From Psilocybe cubensis (lineage: Eukaryota): a stretch of DNA of 64,000 nucleotides. The notes below the pieces were generated by a model. That model saw nothing but the letters and a program-made list of their open reading frames with translations. It was not told the origin of the DNA and did no database searches. Both the position numbers and the translations under genes were made by a program. Positions 1-13,778 of the stretch are shown here, piece by piece (the stretch's first letter is position 1; the number at the start of each line of letters is the position of its first letter). Location: assembly GCA_017499595.2 (NCBI GenBank), contig CM039003.1:992001-1056000 (forward strand), in the 5' to 3' direction.

Positions 1-1452
1 GCAACCTGTACGTATTCTTCTTGATGTGTGTATTCTCTTATCGATGGACAGCCATGGGAGCCTGGGTATAAAACTACAATTGTTTCAATCGTGCCTTCCA
101 TCCCTCGCCATTCAACCGCTCCCCCTTTCACCCATTCTTTCTATATCCTCAAACTAGCGATCTCCTAGAGTGCCGATAACGGTCATTTCTAGGCAGACGT
201 CTTTTGTTTGAGAGAGTTGCTTTTATTCATTCATGTTGCTTGATGTCATGTTTTTTCTTCCTATGTTGTTCCATTGACGTGTTTTTTATTGTTTTCTTCC
301 TTTCCATAGCGGGGCGGGGGCCCGTCTGGGTGTCAGACGAGATGAAGGGGGTATGGATTTCTCTTCGGACCCATAACGATCATGTTTGCAGTAGTCGACC
401 GCATATTGACACGACACTCTATGAAGATAGAATTGTGTCGACAAACTTTACCATTGTAAGTCATTTCCAAGTACAAACGCTGGCAGGAGTACTAAACAAT
501 TTGTTAATCTAGTTTACTTTCCTGTCATATTATGCCGGCATCGATGGCCTATGCGCTATCATTCAGCCATTGATAATGGAACAAAATTCTTAACGCCATC
601 CATTCTTCTTGCATAATTTGCTTGTCGTCATCGAGAGGGTCTTCAGTAGCCTGAACTCCCGGTGTCCCTGTCTTTGTCGTAAGCACATATTTGTTAATCC
701 ATGATTTATCGCAACCTAACATAACATACCTAGGTAGTTTCTCAACTGTTTTCCCCAACGCTCGGAGGCCTCATTACTACCCATTCACTCGGAGAATACC
801 AAAATATTCCCACTTAGTCGCATATTGCGCATTCAGCTCCGGGCGTTCACACAGACGACACTAATGACACTATATCCTGTATTGATTGAGGTGGGTGAAG
901 CAATCTACGCCAGGATTTCTGACGGCTTACATAGTTCTTTTGCCAGAGCATACGCTGCACCGTGACATGCCGGCAATTATTACCACTCGCACTACATCAC
1001 ACCCGTCTCCCCAATAACTTAGCGCAAGACCCTTGACTCCCAGGATGTGGGTAGACATATACCTTATCAATCTTCAGTCACTGAACGTGCTGCCAGAGTC
1101 ATCCATTCTTTCAAAAAGCTGCAAAGCACCCTATCGTTCAAAATTAATTTACCGTACCGCAAACTCGCTTATATGTCCAATATTTGTCTCCAAAATATCC
1201 GTATACGCGTCTCATCCCCAATACTTCCCTTTCCATGTTAACATTTTTTGACAACAATTATCATTCACAAATCCTCCATCAACCTACATTGCATATGAGT
1301 TCATCATCTCTATATTATATAGCATGATGTGTCTCCTTCCTACTTTGATTAGATATAGTAATCTAACACTAAATCAAGCATCCACATCATTTAAATCTTT
1401 TGATTTTGATTGTGTGCATTTCTACTAGTACAAATCCATTTTGCCATCTATT

Positions 1453-2031
1453 TTAGTCCACCATGCTATATGGCTGAAACTCTGTGAACCAACCCGGCTG
1501 GATACACAGGCTTCGCATACCGTAATTGACGGCTCTCAAATATGCGTGGTCGGAGGCAACCGCAAGATCATGCCATGTCTCATTGGTGGCTATTGCAACC
1601 ACCAACATGCGGCCATGATTCTCTTCAGGCGGACCATGAACCCATCTCCAATACTGAAAACTTGGGTCCATACGCTTGGGTAACGCATTTATAATAATTT
1701 CATATGCCGGAATGTGACGCTGAGTAGGAGGGGCTTCGGGGTCGAAGGCGATTCCAACATTGATCAGAAGTTGGTCCAAATCTTTGTTAAGGAGAGGGAA
1801 CCCGTAGACTCTTAGCGGCTCCTGCTTGCCTTTAACGTATCTACGAACCGATGGATATTGGATCTCGAGTTCTTGTCGTTTGAGCCAGCGGTCAATGATC
1901 CTGAAATACACAAATGTTTCGACCCTGTCATGTCAACTTCGGGATGAGGGTACTCACATATCACGAATTTCTTGCTTCGTTGCAGGGCGACCTTCATATC
2001 TTGGGAGAATTAAGAGGGGCTCGCCGTGCAT
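1453..2031 (-). CDS. Hypothetical protein, 2 exons (about 173 aa)
   Basis: ATG at 2031 (MHGEPLLILPRYEGRPATKQEIRD). A 57-nt GT-AG intron (1957-1901) joins it in frame to ORF 1453..1911 (MIIDRWLKRQ...VYGFPL...). No recognisable domain. Confidence 0.6.
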
Positions 2032-5000
2032 GAGGTAGTGCCAATAGTCGAAAGAGGAACGAAGCTGACCACGTTCTTATACTGTTTTCTGCTGGAACGA
2101 AGTTCGGGGAAAACCTCCGTCATTAATGTCGATATCGTGAGTCATGCCATCTGCGTGACTCTATATAATCATCGTGTGGCAAAGCTATCAAGGATAAGTT
2201 GACCTTGGATCTCTAACCGCTGTCATGATCAATGATCAAAGAACACGCCGGTCCCTAATAAAAGGTACCGCTCGCTTCCATACACACACCCCGACTGACT
2301 GCAATTCTCACTGACCCCTCTCTTCCTCCCTCGTTCTCAAAATTGAATTTGTGCTCACACAGCGCGGGCCGACCGGAGAAGCCAGACAATTTCCAAATAG
2401 CAATTCAACCTCGAGGTTACGCAAACGGCCTTGAAATTTAAAATAACGTGATGTTGAAGTTCAGTCGGCTAGACGAAATTACTGTGTGAAGAGCAATGCT
2501 TTTAGTCTCGACATCGATGATGACAGCCAGCTGGCACTTTGAGCGCTAGATGTGTCCTGGAATAGCTTGGAGAGTAAGTCGAGTCATGGATGTGCTTGAA
2601 AGAATTGACTCAGTTGTAACTGACGCACTTGCCCTATTAGATCCGTTCTCGAGGCCTTCCGACATCTCTTTACGATAATTCCCGGCCCTGCCATCACCAT
2701 ACTTGAATTTTATCCAGTGATCCAAAGTCGCAAAGCCTAGTGTTTATTGGTTCCAAATATCCATGCCCAACGGCTTTGAAAGCCAGGGAGGAGAGACAGA
2801 CTCCCTTCAGATCACTCAACGCGCACTTGCAGTGGCAATGGTGTAAGTTGACCACTAATGTTTCCAAATTTTAGTTAATATCCTGCTTGTATTTCGATTT
2901 TCTTCCCCAGGCCCATCTTACGCACTGTTCAATTATTCCTGCTTCTGTGGATCGACAAGAAAATTCATCATCCCTTCAGAGCAAGTTGACATATATTTTG
3001 ATGATAGCTCCGCTTATGGCTAACGACTAATAGGTTGACATTGGATTCTAGCCACCAAACATTGTCGATGCATTGTATTGGCTAACCAAACCTATAAAAG
3101 CTCTACGCGGGGTGCACCCATCCAGATAAATGGGAAGTTGGTGCATGCCTTGAAATCTGTTAGTCGCGGTATGCGGTGTAAAATCAATAATAGGAGGACT
3201 TAAAAAAAGTTACTAGGATTGCGAAATAGGGCAGGACAGCGTGAGTGGCATTAACCATTGATTGGGTATGATGACGAAGATTTTGCTAGTTTTCGGCTTT
3301 TCATGGCGCTTCCCGTTAAGAATCGCTGACCTGAAAATCTACTAAGGGATCAAGTGCAGTCGAACGACATGAGACGGATGCTTACGCTGGTGAGAGAGAA
3401 GCTTTCTAGGCCAATGCCAGTGAAGGGGGCAGAGGAGGTGACTTGAAGCTCTCGATGTACAGGGCTCCTGTGAGTAATTCTCTTGCGTTTTCTATGCCAC
3501 ATATATTGAAATTTATCGATGTAAGGTCTCTGTACCATCACCTCTTTGACATGCAACATATCAACAAAGTTCATTTTGTCGACCGAAGGATGTTCACGGT
3601 CCCTAGAGTAATTGGCGGCGGTGCGCAATCTACAACGCTTCACCTCAATCAGCGCATTCAGCACACGTAGAGAAAAATCATTCGATATGCGTAGAGAGTC
3701 CAGTATCTCTTGATCGATGGAAAGAACTCCAGACTAAGGGGATTAAGATTTAGGCGACAAGGTGAACACTCAGTCTGTCGTCCAAGTTTGAGCCTCACTG
3801 AAACAATAAATGGTTTGCAGAGCTACCCTACATACGTTTCTGGTAGATATTCATCAACAGTCAAGGTTACATTGTGCATGCGCACGATCAAACAGCGTCC
3901 AGCCTCACTCTCAGCACGCAGAAGGTGTGTAGCAGTTAAAGTCTTGTGGACCTTCGCTCAATATATTTCAAATGTTCTCATTCCAAACGGTTCAGCCATC
4001 ATTGGGAGTAATTGACTGAAATTTAATAGCACTTCCGCTGACAAAGAGCTTCTAGTCACCCTAGACCAAAAGCTACCGAAAGGGTCATTGGGAATAGAGT
4101 GTCGTTAAAGGAAATCTTGTTCCCATTACCTCTGAGTAGCCTGACCTCATCTGATAAGGCTGTACAGCCATATCCATCAATGTTAATCGTTCCTGACATA
4201 CGGCCTCGGGGACGCTTGTCGATCAGTCGAAGAGTGAGCATGTGTCCATGGTTTCTTCTCCAATGCCGAGGAAACAATGAAAGACAGATATGGAAAGTAA
4301 TCCATATCAGTTATACGGAATGCCCGTTCCGCTAATTAGTCCATGACCAGAGCAGCCTCCCTCGTCAGCAGTACTCCCATGAGAACGTTTTACCTCGCTG
4401 CAAATGATGATGGAGGAAGATGCTCTTCTTCTAGGGCACTGATTAAAACGTTGCAACGTGTGTTGCACATCACGTTCACCCAAAATTTTTTTCCTAATCT
4501 GTTGCAAACAGTTATATTTATCCCTGGACAATCTATCTACAGTCCCCAAGACCCAAAGTGGCACTTGGCACTTCTCCCTCTTAGCGGCACTACCTCGAGG
4601 ATTCTGGAGAACTCTTCGTATACATAGACCCGAGACGCGAATATTGGGATGTTTCGTGTTATAATCTGAACTGGGGGTATAAGTTTTTTCACCCGATTTG
4701 GACCTGGTCCACAGAAGAAACCTCGAGGTATCCTCATAGACCTCAGCTATTTTTAGATCTCCACACAAGACCATGTGGTGACCGCCCGGAGTGGTGAGCC
4801 AATCCAGGCGTTCACAGTGGATAAACGCATTTTTGTCCGTATAATGAGATTTATTCATACTTTTTACAATGCAGGATGATCTGTGCTGCCTCGGGATAGG
4901 TGAATCGACCAGGGAAAGAGTTGTAAACTTTCTTCGTTTGGTTAAGTTTCGCGCTTTGACGCCCATTAAGGGCCGTGAGAACGATCATGTGATCTATAAA

Positions 5001-6313
5001 TAATCTTTGAAATCTCCAACCATCCTTTGTGTGGCCCATCAATGTCAATGGAATACTAAGGAATCCAAAGTAATGAAGCTCTTTGTTATCGTTGCTATAC
5101 AGCCTCGTGTCTTATAGTGACTCGGGATCCTAATGTGTATGACTTATTGACTCACTCTTTTGGCCCAAAAAAGATTTGTGTGCTGTGTATGGGGCAAGGC
5201 GGGGTCTTCTTGGATGATTGTGATTGGTTGATCATGTCGGTCCTGTGAAAACCTGGCCTATATAAAGGGAGTCAGTTCAAAAAAAGTTTCTTCACCCTCG
5301 CATCCCCCCCGTCCACAATCCATTCTCTTATTGACCTCAGTTCGGTATGCAGCGGTTTGTCCATGGCCACTCCATAGTGGCTTTTGACAGCGTCCATACT
5401 GAGCTGAGTGCGCCGCTTTGTATTTCCTTCGTTCTGTCCTACTGTATTACTACTCTAACTCTTCTTCGGCGACTTCTCTTCCTATTCATGACGGCGCGAG
5501 GGTCATTGGACAAAAGTAATGTACTTAATCAATGTAATTTCTTAACCAACGAGACTCTCGGACATCGTAGTAAGTCATGTTTCTCTTCTCTTGTTGAACT
5601 TTATCTTACTTTTCCTTGTCTTCTCTTAGTTCTCGTCCGCGGGTGTTCTATCCCCGCTTTCCTTTTCCGACGACGCGGGAGTCCTCTTCCCAAAACACAG
5701 TGTACTATTGCCACTGTTGGAGCTTGACTCCTTTTCAAAAAAGTATCCTACGTAATTCTTTATTCAAAGTCCTCACAAAAATTGGCTGTTTACTGTAAGT
5801 GTTGTTTTCTTATCTTATCATTGTCATCATCTCACTTAGCTTTGCTAGGCACCGGAGACGAACCTCTCACACTTATACTGTACATCACTGCTTTCAGTAT
5901 TGTTGTGAGTTGATCTCTACTTTTCTTTACTCGTGATCTAAAGAACCTTTCATAGAAATATTCTTTTTTGCATCGGTCGCGGCGCTCAACAGTCAACCAC
6001 ATTACACCAATCTCGGAACACTGCACCACCGGCGGGTCGTATGTCGCACGTTTATTTGCAAAGCTTCAACATTAGCTAATAATTTGTCTTCGCACCGTTA
6101 GATTGGCGAACGCACAGTCATACACGACACTGCACCCCCATTTGCACGTGCTCGCCGACAACCACCATCGGCCCCCATCTCCACGTAATCGCCGCCATCT
6201 CTGACTTATCTATCAGAGGCCGAGCGATACCTCACTGGCCATCGCTCTCATCTTTCAGAGCGACATCCATGCAGAGAGTTTGAGCCTGACCGACTGCAAC
6301 GCGAGAGTAGAGT

Positions 6314-6407
6314 TAGTAGCAGCCAAGGTGAGTTTGCCTTATCTTCTCTATTTTGATCTTTAGTAGCAGCCAAGGTGAGTTTGCCTTATCTTCTCTATTT
6401 TGATCTT
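6314..6407 (+). repeat. Perfect 47-bp tandem duplication containing a splice-donor-like aag|gtgagt
   Basis: tagtagcagccaaggtgagtttgccttatcttctctattttgatctt occurs at 6314-6360 and again at 6361-6407. Confidence 0.9.
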
Positions 6408-7257
6408 TGGGGCTAATTCGACATTGCATTATTGAAGCAGCTACTGTGACAGCGTCGCGATCTCGTAAGGCGTACCTTACCCGCCCATTACGGGCAACGC
6501 CTGCATCGAAGATCGACGCCCCGGCGATGCGAAGATATAGAATGAGGGGTAATATTTTATTCTTGTAAGCAAGGCTTTGTCTCTATCGTGTTTGCAATCA
6601 CTCATACAATCGCTGAAGATTTATTTTCTATTCCGTAATTCATTATAATTCCTAATCATTGTAATGTCCCGCTTCTTATTCTATCTTTATTTCCTTCATA
6701 CTTTACGCTATTCATTTTCATATTCCCTTGTCATTTCCTTAATTCATTTTAATCTATCATTATTTCCTTTTCTTCGTACAACCCTTATGTTATACTTCCG
6801 AGTCTTAGAATGCTTTCTTTGCCCCTTGCTTTCTTATGCAATTGTTTTCGCTGTTTTCTACATGCTTTCAAAATGCTTTCATTGCTTTCCTGTAGATATT
6901 ACCTAGAGATTATTCTATATTATACTGTAAATTTGTTTTGTCTGCTTTGTATCATTGTTTTGAAGTTGTATTAGCTGTGTAGTGTGCTCTGCAATCTGCA
7001 ATTTAGAATGCTACCATCTCACAACCTCATCTTAAATACACACACACACCATAGTGGTTTTAAAAGGTAAAATCTATAAGTAATTTTAAAATTTAACCAT
7101 ATGCAAGTTGAAACTTGAAAGTGGAAAGAAGTAGCCCTGCCAGGCAGGATAGGGGCTTTGTTTGGCAAACTGACGCCACCCAAATAGCCGACGGAAACTT
7201 TTTGTGCAAGTCCCGAACTACACCTACGCTGTCCAAAAAGTCACCTAACCCAAAACC

Positions 7258-8145
7258 ATGTCGCAGGTGTCCAGAAAGGCGAAAGGGTTCTCACTCACGC
7301 GCTTCCAACGCGCGCCACGGATAAACCGTGCCCTCGCCAGACACCCCAAGACTGGCCTGCCGCAGCCCCCCGTCAAAATCGTCACCCGCGAGTTCGCGCC
7401 CTGCCGCCTCGAAGACCACTACCACACCACACTCAAGGACGACCTCATGTACATGACATACACGCACGAGATTGGTGAGCGCCGCGCGCCGCGCCAGATT
7501 CGTCTCAAATTCGACCCGGAGGACCCGTACTCGAAATACCGAAAGAACCCACCCGTTGGAGGGTCGCAGGTGGGCAAGAAGCCTGCGCCACCGTCGACGC
7601 CGGAGAACATCGTGCGCCTGGAGAAGATTCAGCTACACACGATGGTGAAAGAAGCCACGGCGAACAAGAGCCACCTGCTCCCTGCCATTATGCAACTGAA
7701 AGCGCTGTCGGGTGAATCGTACAAGGCTGGGGGGCGACACGCAGTGGAGGGCATTCAGATCATCCGTGGCAAGAAGTCTGTGGGTGGATGGGTGCGGCCT
7801 GGAATCCCCATTGGTGCCAAGGTCGACCTGAAGGGACAGGCCATGTACGATTTCCTAGGAACGCTCACCGAGTTCGTGCTTCCTCGACTACGTGATTTCA
7901 ACGGCGTCGTTCTACCTCCACAATCCTCATCCTCAAACACACCCAGTACCGTTGCGGGAGTCGTCTCTTTTGGTCTCCCTCCAAGTGCCATCGGTTTCTT
8001 CCCCCAAATTGAAGTCAACATTGACGCATACCCCAAACTGTCTGGCATGCATATCCACTTCGTCACGAACGCGACAGGTATCGGCGCCCAGGACCGCGCT
8101 CGAGCTCTAGTGTCAGGGTTCCAGGTACCCTTTGTGCGGAGATAG
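7258..8145 (+). CDS. MRPL7: Mitochondrial large-subunit ribosomal protein uL5m (ribosomal L5 domain)
   Basis: Intronless 295-aa ORF with L5-family motifs (GIPIGAKVDLKGQAMYDFLGTLTEFVLPRLRDF, FFPQIEVNIDAYPKLSGMHIHFVTNA) and an Arg/Lys-rich, presequence-like N-terminus. Confidence 0.88.
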   Translation: MSQVSRKAKGFSLTRFQRAPRINRALARHPKTGLPQPPVKIVTREFAPCRLEDHYHTTLKDDLMYMTYTHEIGERRAPRQIRLKFDPEDPYSKYRKNPPVGGSQVGKKPAPPSTPENIVRLEKIQLHTMVKEATANKSHLLPAIMQLKALSGESYKAGGRHAVEGIQIIRGKKSVGGWVRPGIPIGAKVDLKGQAMYDFLGTLTEFVLPRLRDFNGVVLPPQSSSSNTPSTVAGVVSFGLPPSAIGFFPQIEVNIDAYPKLSGMHIHFVTNATGIGAQDRARALVSGFQVPFVRR

Positions 8146-8595
8146 ATTATATAGTGAGCAATCATTGACCTTCAGCCTACATTTGTACGTCCAGCTAACA
8201 ATGTTGCACTTAGTCACACTATTTGTAACTTCCGAGTTTAATATTATAATTATCCATGTGCAATCGGAAGAAAAGTACGCAAGATAGGACTAGGGAGGGT
8301 GTAGCTACCAAGGAGTGTGACGGGTACGTATAATGAAGACTGGATATCAAAGCGACCGGAACAATGCAGTCAGGGAGTCCAATTATCCCTAATACGATAT
8401 AAGAGACAACAACCAGAAGGCCACTCAAATCGAGAATAAAAACATAAAAAGAGATAGAGAGAGTAATAAAGAAAGGAAAAGAGAGACAAATTATACTATA
8501 CAACGCCACTAACGATCGCTGACGTCTGATGGATCCAGGTGTCTTCCTTCGAGAAAAAAAACCAGCACGACGAACCAGGGCATTTTTTGCAAGCC

Positions 8596-11500
8596 TCAGC
8601 CCCATCTGTCACTCCTTTCGCTCACCCCGCCACCATTCCCATTGTGGTGCGTGTTTGCCCAAGGTATGTCACCCAACTTCTGCCTCGCACTCGCAGACAT
8701 AGGCCTCGAAGAGCCAGGCGGCCGCGGCTTCATCCCTCCACTTGAGGAGAACACATCCCGCGTATTCAAGTTCAACCGCGGTGCATGCAAATCGCGCTCC
8801 GAAAAGCTGCTGTTGACGTTTACACTCCCCAGTGGCGTTGTCGACCCCGCTTCGGATGCGGCTCGCCTCAATCTCTTCGCCACAAGTCCCGACGTGCTCT
8901 TGTGATTCTGCAGCTGTTGGTGTGGAGAAGAACCCGGTGGCGACGACCAGTCGACTGAGCCTGTACCCGCAGATCTGACCCTCCCCGTCGCACCAATACC
9001 AGTAGAAGAGCCAGCACCCGAAATGGGCCTTAAGCCCGGCCTCAGCGTCGGCACAATCTCCCTCGCTAGCTCGCGCACGAGCACTGCGCCGTCCCCGCCG
9101 CCCCTGCTCAGCTTCTCCACAATTCCCAGCAAGCCGTATCTCTCCACCAGCATTGCACGGTTCGGGTGCACCTCACACACACTCCTTAGTATGCGCAGTA
9201 AGTTGAGGCGCACGACTGCGCGGCTGTTCAAGCCCAGCCGATCGACAACCCGTTTGAAAAATGCGGACGACTTGGTGATAGCGATCGTCACGGGCGTAGA
9301 GAGCCTGATGATCTTGAGGAAGGGATCGAGCAGATTTTCGAACGAGTTGGATTTGGATGATACGAAGCATTTAACCAGGGCCTCGATGGCGTCTGGCCGA
9401 AGCAACTCGTCCTCGACGCGGGCGGTTTCATCTTGTAGCCAGGCATGAATAGACTCCAAAGCACTGACTTGGAAATAAGGGTCGTCCAGGAGTTTGACGT
9501 ACATCCGAAGACCATCGTACTGCCATAGCAGCGAGCGGCAACTTTTGCCGGCACTCGAGAGGTCGCACAGGATAGGCAAGGCAAATTGTTTGAGTGGTGA
9601 ACTCGTTTCGATGACCCGTTTGAGACATGGGATAATGCCAGCTTGAGCAGCCTCTTCTTGGCGTCCCTTGTTGAGGCGGCAAAGGTTGTAACACGTCTGG
9701 AAGACGTGGTTGGAGATTTCCTTCATAAAGATTCATTAGCTACAATCATCGACTGGGCGTATCTAGTTTTCACTCACATTGCAATGCGGACCTGAAGATT
9801 GTTCATCAAGTATAGGAATCAGAACCTCCAAAGCATTGGCGTTCTGGAGAACTTCAAGCAACGTAGCGTTCATGGAAAGATGCTTGACCGCCTTTAACAT
9901 CTGTACAAGACACTCTGGCTCCAGCAGTTCGCATGCGCGTAACAGCCCTGCACGCAAATAAGCAAATCGAGCCTCCAAAAAAAATTTACGACTGCTTACT
10001 TCGAATGACCTTCCTTGTCCCAAGCGCGTTGCGCACATGAATATCTGACTGCGACACCTGCGAAAACACCAAAATGATTTGTATAATCTTCATCTTCGTC
10101 TCAATCGTCGGCGTGTCGCGGACAGTCATCACATTCACGAGCGCAGATGATAGCGGGTCCAAGAGTCCTTCGCGGATGAACATCCGACAGAAATCGTTCT
10201 TCGTGGTCGGGCTCTGCAGCTCGAACACGCTGCCAATGCCATTGAGCGCGTGCTCTACGAGTTCGCGTTGTTCGTTTTCGTCCAGGAGATCGACTAGGAC
10301 TTTCAGACCACGGCATCTGATATGAATGTTAGGACTACAGTATTTTGGAAGGGTTCGTATACGTACGAGATGAACATTTGTAGGGTTAGAACTGAGGTGT
10401 GACATAAGAGGCGGATGAAATTGGAAGCTTCGAGTCGGCATTCAGAGGGATACTTCTTGGATGTAAATTCTATTGTACAATTCATATCAATAACAGACGA
10501 TAGAGAATTTTTCAAAAAAGCATACCCATCATTACTGGGATTCCACTATGAATAGTTAATTATTAGACATTTTGTCACATTAAGCATAAATACTACGCAC
10601 CCAATTAGACAGAAACTTTCCAGGAATCCAAGGTCCTCTGTCACTAACTGATAGGTGCCACACATTAGCCTAGGAGTAGGAGAAAAAAAAGACGGGATGG
10701 TTACCAAATTGATGATTTGGAGTAACTTCATAATAACATCTCTCGAACATCGTCCTTCCAAAACTTCCAAGATAGCTAGCATCCCATGCGAAGAAACTAG
10801 CTGCACCTGCATCTCCGGTGTTTCCATCATGATATTGAGCTTTAGATGACGAATCAGCCATGACACCCTGGAGTCAAGTAGAAAGAGCACACCAATTGGT
10901 CACAGGCATCGCGAAGCTGGGAGTCAGGAGCTGATGGAGTTAGCTCGTCTATGAGCTGGTTGACAGTATTGCATAACCTGGCGTATTTATCGCGCTGCAG
11001 CTTGGCTTCCAGATCTTCTTCAGAGAAACCTTCATCAATCTGCCAGAGAGAAAACGAACGGGGTAAGCAATGTGAAAATATGGCACACAGAAGCGACTAA
11101 CCTCCGCGAAAGGATCTTCTTCATTCCAATCATCACTGTTCTAAATTTCAAGAGAGATGGGTCGGAAAACAATACCTAAGAAGAAAACCGCATATACTCA
11201 CCCATGACTTGTCCTGCAAACGCGTGTTCAACTGCAACGTCTGCATCGGCTGGCCAATAGCTATATTCATCCCAATAATCAATATGCTATCCCAACACAG
11301 AACCCCAATGCCACAGCAGTGATACGAGGAGCCCATGAATGCCACAGGGTGAAGAAAAGCAAACTCACAATTAGCACCCGGCTTGCCAAAGACATCTTCA
11401 TAATCTTCATCGTCATCATCCTCCGTATACTTTCCAAACTCAGCCTGGTTCTGTGCGTTCTGAGCCTTCTTCGCCTCGGACCGGCCAAATGAGCCAGAAC

Positions 11501-13778
11501 CAGAATTTCCCAGCGGGTTGGCGCTAGAGGAAATGGAGCCCGATCGCGTGTGCGCTGTTGCGTTGCCAGAAGAAGGGCCCAATGAACCGATGGGGCTTAT
11601 GGACGGCCGGGATGTTTTGCGTGTCAACTGGGGGAGGGGTGCGGAGAGCGGGCCCGGTGCAACAGATGTAACTGAGGAAAGACCAATCGTTTTAATGTCG
11701 TCTGGGTGGAAGAGACCGCGGCGGCCTGAGTTTCTCAACTACAGATAACATATCATCAATGTCTATGTCAGCCATAGTCAAGGGTATGACAAGACAAACC
11801 TTGAAGTCTGCAACCTTTTCTTTCAGCCGTATTTCATCTTCATCTGTTCCCAAATCTGAGTAGTCCTCGACAATAGGTTGTATTTCCGATGCAGGTGGTT
11901 GCGCAAGAGGTACTGATTGATTTCCGGGACTTCGATTGGGTCTAATGGTGCGCGCGTTATCTTCCATTTCGTGTTTGTCCTCCTCACTCGGTGGTTTCTC
12001 AAGAGCTAGAGCAATTTCAATTGCCGAACGTTGCAATTTCACAAAAACGAACATACCTTGAATCTTGGTCAATGAGATCTCTTCTTCAAAATCGTCATCC
12101 CAATTATCTGTCTGTTCTTCAGGCGGTTGCAGAACGAAGGCGTGCGGTTGGATCTTCTCGACAAGGTTGATACCTGCTTTGTTGCTGGGCCCAGCTGCAC
12201 TCTTCCAAACAGAAGGACCGGCATGAGGATTTGAGCCTACAGAAGGCAAAGATGATGATTGGGGTATTTCCGCGGACAGTCGATTTTGAGTGGGCGAAGC
12301 GGGTCGCGGATTCCTGGAAGGATGCTTGGTTGGCTTGGAAGGAGCTTAAAGTCGCCAAGCAAGGAGAAAACAGGCCAATCGTGGATTCATGTAAGTATGA
12401 CGTTGTGGGCGGTGATAACCACCGAAAAAGGACAGAACTTACATTTCAGAGCCTCATTCCATTCTTGGACTTTGAGAACCGCCTCGTCGTAGTTATAGTT
12501 GGACAGTCTCTTCGCGCCGTTCTCGCCTTCTTTGCCCGTCGGTTTCTCGTTGTCACTTTCCCCTGACCTACTCTTCCCATCCGCCATTTGTTTACGCGCC
12601 GAAACCATCCACGGATGCTTCAGCAATTTCTTGCCCGAGATACGCAAGTTGCAGTCTTTTTGGAAACAGTGGTAGAGAAAGTCTTTGACAATGGGTGATG
12701 CGCCTTCAGGGATGGGTGGGCAGTCGTCCTGTACGATGCGGAAGAGTGCCGGCATAGGGTCGAGGGTATGGTACGGTGGGTGCCCTTCAAGAAGTTCGAT
12801 CACGACGCAACCCACGCTCCAGATATCCGAGGCGGTAGTCGCGCCAGACTGTTCAATCACTTCGGGTGCCACTATAGAAAAAGAAGTGATTAGCCGAGGT
12901 ACCACCGACATGGCGTAGTCAACGCACTCCAATAAGGACTCCCAACGACCGCGCCATCCTGCACACCACCCGTCTTTGCAGCCACACCAAAATCTGCTAG
13001 TTTCACGGTGCCATCTTTGTTCGTTAGGATGTTGGCGCCCTTGATATCGCGATGGATGACACCCTGGTCGTGAAGGTATACTAGTCCCTCGAGTACTTGC
13101 GAGATGTAGACGGCAACGAGACTTTCGGGAAATTTGCCAAAGCGTTTTGAAATGTTATGAAGGGACCCATTCTCGCAGAACCTGGTTTACGTTTGGTCTT
13201 TACTTCAAATATTAGATGCGGATAACAACGTACTCCAGAATGATGTAAAGAAATTCCTTCGTCTTCACGAAACCTTTGTACTTGACGATATTAGGATGCT
13301 ACAGCGATGTTAAGTAGATAAAAAGGAGGGAGTTTATCGCCAGCCTCACGTTGAGATTCTTGAGGAGATCGATTTCGGACTGTTAAATGATGAGATGAAT
13401 GTTTGCTTGACGTGAAGCAGAGGGACGATGCAAGTTGAACTAAGATGCCACTTACCATGATCTCGCCTAGCTCCCCCTTCGGTATATTGCTCAACTGGAT
13501 CTCCTTCACTGCTACAGTCTCTCCCGTGGTCCAGTTCAAGGCTCCTGGATCACGAAACGCGGTTCAACGGGGCGTTCTCATGGCCTCGTAAGCCAGCACA
13601 CGCACGATATACCTGCCCGAAGGCCCCCTTCCCGAGCGAGTCTCCCAGTTGCTATCGTAGAGCGCTGTGTCATTACAAATCATACAATAAAGGTGGAAAG
13701 AGATCGCACATAGTCATGTAGGGATTTGTGCGTCCCTGGCTTTGGCGCCGACGTTGAAGACGGTCGTGACGATGACAT
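8596..13778 (-). CDS. cdc15: Cdc15/Cdc7/SepH-type STE-group Ser/Thr kinase (septation/mitotic-exit network) with C-terminal helical ARM-like region, multi-exon
   Basis: Spliced exons give [74 protein letters not shown]-terminal [22 protein letters not shown] and [11 protein letters not shown] are characteristic of SepH/Cdc7. ATG 13778, TGA 8596. Confidence 0.92.

Noticed and set aside
481-495. 15-bp match tggcaggagtactaa to the minus strand near 47485-47499
   Set aside because: An isolated match with no extension; expected by chance at this window size.
4056-4966. 219-aa and 73-aa minus-strand ORFs
   Set aside because: No recognisable motif or consistent splice model; possibly a decayed gene, but not supportable.
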